Source of the DNA: Methanothrix sp.
Lineage (GTDB): Archaea; Halobacteriota; Methanosarcinia; Methanotrichales; Methanotrichaceae
DNA: 64,000 bases
Reading direction: 5' to 3'
NCBI GenBank assembly: GCA_026394475.1
Contig: JAPKYD010000108.1
Coordinates: 2,559-66,558, forward strand
The notes under the pieces are model-generated. The model searched no databases and was not told where the DNA came from. It saw nothing but the letters and a program-made list of their open reading frames with translations. Positions 59,738-64,000 of this stretch are shown one piece after another; positions within the stretch are counted from its first letter, which is position 1; each line of letters begins with the position of its first letter. The translations under genes and the position numbers were made by a program.

Positions 59738-60628
59738 ATGGAGATCAATGGTGTACAGATAGACGACACCTTTGCGGAAGGTTTTCCCATAAAGGTGGCA
59801 AGGGTGCTGATAACCGCTGTAACGGAGCGCTGGGCTCTGGAGGCGGCGCGCGAAGCCACGGGTTTTGGGACGTCCGTCATCGGATGTCCGGCCGAGGCAG
59901 GAATAGAGTGTGTGGTGGGCGGAGACGAGACTCCGGACGGAAGGCCGGGGGTTAACATCCTGATCTGCAACATGGGCTACAAGAACCTGGAGACATCCCT
60001 GCTCTTCCGGCTGGGCCAGGGTGTGTTGACGGCCCCGACCACGGCCGCCTGGAGCGGCCTGCCGGAAGCGGAGAAGCAGTTCGACACCGGCAAGAAGCTG
60101 AGCTTCTTTGGCGACGGCTACCAGAAGCAGGCTGAGCTGTACGGCCGAAACGTCTGGAAGATACCCCTCATGTCTGGCGAGTTCGTCATCGAGCAGAGCT
60201 TCGGAGCTGTGGACGGGATCGCCGGCGGCAACTTCCTGATCCTGGGCCAAAATCAGATGGCCGCTCTGACCGCCGCCGAAGCGGCAGTAAACGCCATCGG
60301 CAAGCTCAAGGGCTCCATAACCCCCTTCCCGGGAGGCGTCGTTTCCAGCGGTTCCAAGGTGGGCTCCAGGTACAAGTTCCTCAAGGCCTCCACCAATACC
60401 GCCTTCTGCGCATCGCTGCGGGCGGACGGGGTCTGCACCCTGGCCGAGGACGTCTCAAGCGTCTATGAGATTGTGATCAACGGCCTGGACAGGGAGGCCA
60501 TCCAGAAGGCCATGAACGCAGGCATCAACGCCGCCTGCCGCGTGCCCGGCATTCTGAAGATCACCGCAGCCAACTACGAAGGCAAGCTGGGCGCTCACCA
60601 GTTTCCGCTGCACGCGGTGCTGGAGTAG
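59738..60628 (+). CDS. ftr: Formylmethanofuran:tetrahydromethanopterin formyltransferase
   Basis: MEINGVQIDDTFAE, TPDGRPG, GIAGGN, PFPGG..SGSKVG, EIVING. Confidence 0.95.
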   Translation: MEINGVQIDDTFAEGFPIKVARVLITAVTERWALEAAREATGFGTSVIGCPAEAGIECVVGGDETPDGRPGVNILICNMGYKNLETSLLFRLGQGVLTAPTTAAWSGLPEAEKQFDTGKKLSFFGDGYQKQAELYGRNVWKIPLMSGEFVIEQSFGAVDGIAGGNFLILGQNQMAALTAAEAAVNAIGKLKGSITPFPGGVVSSGSKVGSRYKFLKASTNTAFCASLRADGVCTLAEDVSSVYEIVINGLDREAIQKAMNAGINAACRVPGILKITAANYEGKLGAHQFPLHAVLE

Positions 60629-60640
60629 ATCCAGCTCCAA

Positions 60641-61189
60641 TTGACCATAGCCATGACAGACCAGGAGATCGAAGAGACCAGCGGCAAGATAAAGGCCTGG
60701 CTCACTCAGGAAGGGCTCTTCAAGGAACAGGTTCAGGACGAGAACCTCAGCTTTCATCTCGCGGCCGAGTATCCAGCCCGCTCCGGCAGGCATGTGAGCA
60801 TTATTCAGCCCAAGAACCGCGAGGACATGATAGCGGTATTCAGCAGGATCAGGCTGGCCGAGGTGCACAAGAAGGCACTTTCAGCCATGCCGCTCAAAGA
60901 GAAAGAGCAGTTCCTCTGGAGTATGCGCTACGACCTGCTCTTTCAGGAGTCGAGCTTCGAGATGGAGCCGCGGGGTGGCGACCTGGAGAGCATCCATTTC
61001 ACGCGGGAGATCTACTACGACGGCCTGACCAAGAACAAGCTCATGGAGGCCTTGCGGGAGAACTTCAAGTGCGAGCTTTATGTGGTATGGAAGTTCCAGG
61101 AGGTCTTCGGCGAGGGACAGGCGAACAGAATCTTTGCTGCAACCTCAGCTTTCCGCCTGGCATCCTTGATGGCCAGAGCCAAAGCTTGA
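60641..61189 (+). CDS. DUF2299-like archaeal protein (3' end runs into the antisense SIMPL gene)
   Basis: IKAWL.QEG, IIQPK..D.I, IYYDGLTK. The last ~17 codons are antisense SIMPL sequence. Confidence 0.65.
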   Translation: MTIAMTDQEIEETSGKIKAWLTQEGLFKEQVQDENLSFHLAAEYPARSGRHVSIIQPKNREDMIAVFSRIRLAEVHKKALSAMPLKEKEQFLWSMRYDLLFQESSFEMEPRGGDLESIHFTREIYYDGLTKNKLMEALRENFKCELYVVWKFQEVFGEGQANRIFAATSAFRLASLMARAKA

Positions 61190-61668
61190 TCCTTCTCAGG
61201 CTGAGGGTCGAGGAGGTCGAAGGTTACTTCCTGGATGCTGTTTGAGCCTGCGGCAGTGGCCGCGTCCAGGACCTTGCCCACAGCAGAGGTGTCGTTCAAC
61301 CTCACTGTTACCTGATTGGTGGCGATGAACTCCGGCGGTTTTGGCTTCTCGCTGGCAGTCTTTGGTTCCTCCTGCGGCGCCGTCATCAGGCTGTAGCGGC
61401 TGGTCTGGATATCCTTCTTGGCTATCCTCGCGTCAAGCAAGACATTTATGGTTTTGTTCATCAGCCGGGCGTTTTCCGCAGCCGCACCAGCGGCGCTGGC
61501 GTTATGGGTCTCCACGCCCAGCACAACTGTCACCATGTCCGGAGCGGCGCTGACCTTGCCCTCGCCCTGCACCATCAGCTTGGATATATTGTTCTCAGCG
61601 GCAGATGCAGAAAAGGCTGCGGCCAGCAGCAGCATCAGCCCCAGAAGCACCATATTCGATCTTTTCAT
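61078..61668 (-). pseudogene. SIMPL (DUF541) family protein, C-terminally truncated
   Basis: Signal peptide; V.GEGKV...PD...LGV, DIQTS, LDAA..AGSN.I, ALALAIKDARRKAE; the LG.I..ISE...V.Y tail is missing. Confidence 0.7.
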
Positions 61669-61760
61669 AAAATCCCCTTTATAGAATCAATCTGAACAGC
61701 TTTAAAGACTATGCTAAAATGACCAGAGGACATAGAAAAAAATTTTTCGTGCCCCTGGCT

Positions 61761-62276
61761 CTATATAGCCATCTCATAGGTTACCACTACGTAGGAGGTC
61801 ACATCCACCATGCCTGGCTGGTCGGACGAGCTGACAATGGGCAGAGAATAATCAGAAATATCCATTAAGTCTCCCAATCGCCCTCCTGCCGCGGCTGCCA
61901 TACTTATGGCGTTCTCTTTGGCATTCTCTACCGCTTTCTGGCGAGCCTGGGCCTCGGCCACGCTGGCGTCGCTAAGACCGTATCCTTCCACACCGGCACT
62001 GGCACCGGCGGACTTTGCTGCATTCAACACGCTGTTTATCATGGACTCGTCCTTGGTCTTGAGCCTGATGATCGTCGTCTTCTCCAGAGTTGAGAGTCGT
62101 TGGGTGTTGTTCTCGCATACTGTGGTGTTGTTCACTGGATTGCAGACCCTGCTGCTGGACTGAAAGCTCGTTACTCCGCTGGCCTGGCCAGGCAGAATCG
62201 CCTCGTCCTTGACGCCTGCCGCCTTAAGGGCATCTATCACCTTATTCATCTTCTCCTGGACCTCGCCCTGGGCCAA
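61761..62276 (-). pseudogene. SIMPL-like protein, N-terminally truncated
   Basis: MNKVIDALKAAGV..., ARQKAVENAKENA..MA.AAG.RLG.L.DIS, V.V.YE. In-frame TAA four codons upstream of the TTG; no signal peptide. Confidence 0.6.
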
Positions 62277-62429
62277 AGTCGGAAGGTATTAAAACAGACG
62301 GTCCGAAAAAAAGAAATAGTGCCCAAAATCAGGCAAGCCAGGGTATGAAAAAGCCTATGCCGTAAAGATCTCTCCCGAAGTCACCAAAATTTGATATAGA
62401 TTCAGAAGAGAGATAATTAAATAATCAGG

Positions 62430-63212
62430 GTGATCTTCTTGGACTCAAATTCCAATCTACCAGAACCTGTTGCTGGGGCTCCAGCGCCCGTCCTGGAGGA
62501 AGCACAGGCCAAAGCACCGGGGAAAAAGACCTTGGGAGAGATCTTCTCCAAAGCCTTGGAGATCTACAGGGAAAATCCCATAATGATTGTGCCGTCGCTG
62601 GTTCCCATTGCAGCGCTCATTCTGGGATTGGTGCTCTTTGCGGGCTTCGTGGGAGTGGCTGCCATCCTGGGAGGAGGGGGTCTTCTGGCGTTCTCAGCGC
62701 TGGGAGGTTTGCTGCTGTTCGTAATAATATTGATAGTCCTGTTCTTCATGGCAGAAGGAGTGACCATAGAGATGATCAGAGAGGCATCTGCAGGCAATAA
62801 GGCGGATTTTAACCTGGCTTGGGAAGCCTCCAAAGGCAAGATGGAGCCGTTGATCCTCTCGTCCATCCTGGCGGGCATAATCACCGTTGTAGGATACATT
62901 CTCCTTATAATCCCGGGAATAATCCTGAGCGTCGTCTTCTACTTCGTAGCCCAAGCGGTTATGATCGACGGCAAATCCGGGATGGAAGCCCTCAAGACGA
63001 GCTACAACTTTGTCAAGGAAAATGTGTCCGACGCGGTGATAATAATCATCGTCTCCGTGGTTATAAGCATCGTGCTCCCCACAATTCCTCTGATTGGAGC
63101 CCTGCTCAGCCTCATCGCTCTGCCCTACATCTATGCCCTGGCTACATTGTTCTACATGGACCGAAAGAAGATGCCGCCAGCAAAGCTGGAGACCAAAGTG
63201 GACGTGTCATAA
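62430..63212 (+). CDS. Multi-pass membrane protein
   Basis: Several hydrophobic segments; G.ILLIIPGIIL, ALK.S..FVK. Confidence 0.8.
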   Translation: MIFLDSNSNLPEPVAGAPAPVLEEAQAKAPGKKTLGEIFSKALEIYRENPIMIVPSLVPIAALILGLVLFAGFVGVAAILGGGGLLAFSALGGLLLFVIILIVLFFMAEGVTIEMIREASAGNKADFNLAWEASKGKMEPLILSSILAGIITVVGYILLIIPGIILSVVFYFVAQAVMIDGKSGMEALKTSYNFVKENVSDAVIIIIVSVVISIVLPTIPLIGALLSLIALPYIYALATLFYMDRKKMPPAKLETKVDVS

Positions 63213-63416
63213 AAAATGCTCAGGCTTGGATCATCTTTCTTATTTTAGCCCGGCACTGTTCGACCACCATTTTTTCTTCAAACAAAATATAGTTTCATAT
63301 TTTCATCACGCCATGACTTTCAGATTCGATGGCAAGAACAGGATTGATGTCCGAATATCATCATAATAAATAATCGACCGTAAGCTATATCCACCTTCTC
63401 CAATACATTAGGAAGT

Positions 63417-64000
63417 ATGAAGCACATTGCCATCCTTCTCCTGGCCTTATCCTTGGCGGTCATTATGCCGGCGATGAGCCAGGATGCCAACTACTGGCTC
63501 GCTCAGACGGGAAGCGATTATCGCAACGGCTCCTATTCGCTGGCCCTGCAGGACATCACCGAGTACCTTTCACTAAACTCCAGCGATGCCCAGCGCTGGA
63601 TGACGAAGGCCAACCTGGAGATCAAACTGGGAAAGTACAACGATGCCCTGGATAGCTTTGACCAGGCGATCAAGCTGGACGGCTCCAATTCCCAGGCCTG
63701 GAACGATCGCGCCCTCATCCTCTCCGGCTATCTAAAGCAAGATGAAGACGCCCTGGACTCTCTGAACAAGTCTTTGGAGATAAACTCCAAGGATGCCAAT
63801 GTCTGGTACAACAAGGGAATTGTATTGGAAAACATGGGCAGACTCAGTGACTCGGTAGCCTCTTTGGAGCAGGCTACAGAGCTCAATCCGAAACTCGCCC
63901 AAGCCTGGAATAAGAAGGGCGAAATTCTGATGGGTCAGGATAATTACCAGGAAGCCCTCTCCAGTTTCGAAAAGGCGAATGCGCTTGATCCTTCCAATGA
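63417..64000 (+). CDS. Secreted TPR-repeat protein (partial, runs off the right edge)
   Basis: MKHIAILLLALSLAVIMPAMS signal peptide; repeats ..AW..KG..L...G.Y..AL.SF..A..L.P. Confidence 0.88.
   Translation, partial: MKHIAILLLALSLAVIMPAMSQDANYWLAQTGSDYRNGSYSLALQDITEYLSLNSSDAQRWMTKANLEIKLGKYNDALDSFDQAIKLDGSNSQAWNDRALILSGYLKQDEDALDSLNKSLEINSKDANVWYNKGIVLENMGRLSDSVASLEQATELNPKLAQAWNKKGEILMGQDNYQEALSSFEKANALDPSN

Overview
Core-chromosome segment of a methanogenic archaeon, most consistent with Methanothrix (Methanosaeta)-like Methanotrichaceae. This is inferred from gene content, ftr, the por operon, an archaeal histone and the lineage-typical 'SLTPDKP..WTA' secreted domain. In order, the window holds: (1) a cimA-ilvBNC operon; (2) a divergent glycogen cluster (GH133 and GH57 on one side; KaiC-like ATPase, GT3 glycogen synthase, GT4, GalT-like and GT4 on the other); (3) tRNA-Thr(GGT); (4) a wHTH plus GvpD/KaiC-like pair; (5) alkD, grpB and a 6TM channel; (6) the conserved priS-GINS-L44e-S27e-aIF2a-Nop10-PAC2 superoperon; (7) pmbA, prs, aroC, moeA, priL-PCNA, TFS, histone, gatE and cdc6; (8) a broken pst operon; (9) a small accessory island (about 42.4-46.1 kb) in which two toxin-antitoxin modules and a low-GC pentapeptide/NDT-like gene are separated by copies of a GC-rich structured repeat; (10) helicase-HTH-HTH-fttA-psmB, PINA, the por operon, purO, ftr, damaged SIMPL genes and a TPR protein. 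The strongest candidates for something new are the repeat-delimited defence/TA cassette array, the KaiC-like ATPase coupled to a eukaryote-type GT3 glycogen synthase, and a channel with a CNG-like TTIGEN filter. All family calls come from motif recognition by eye, not from database searches.
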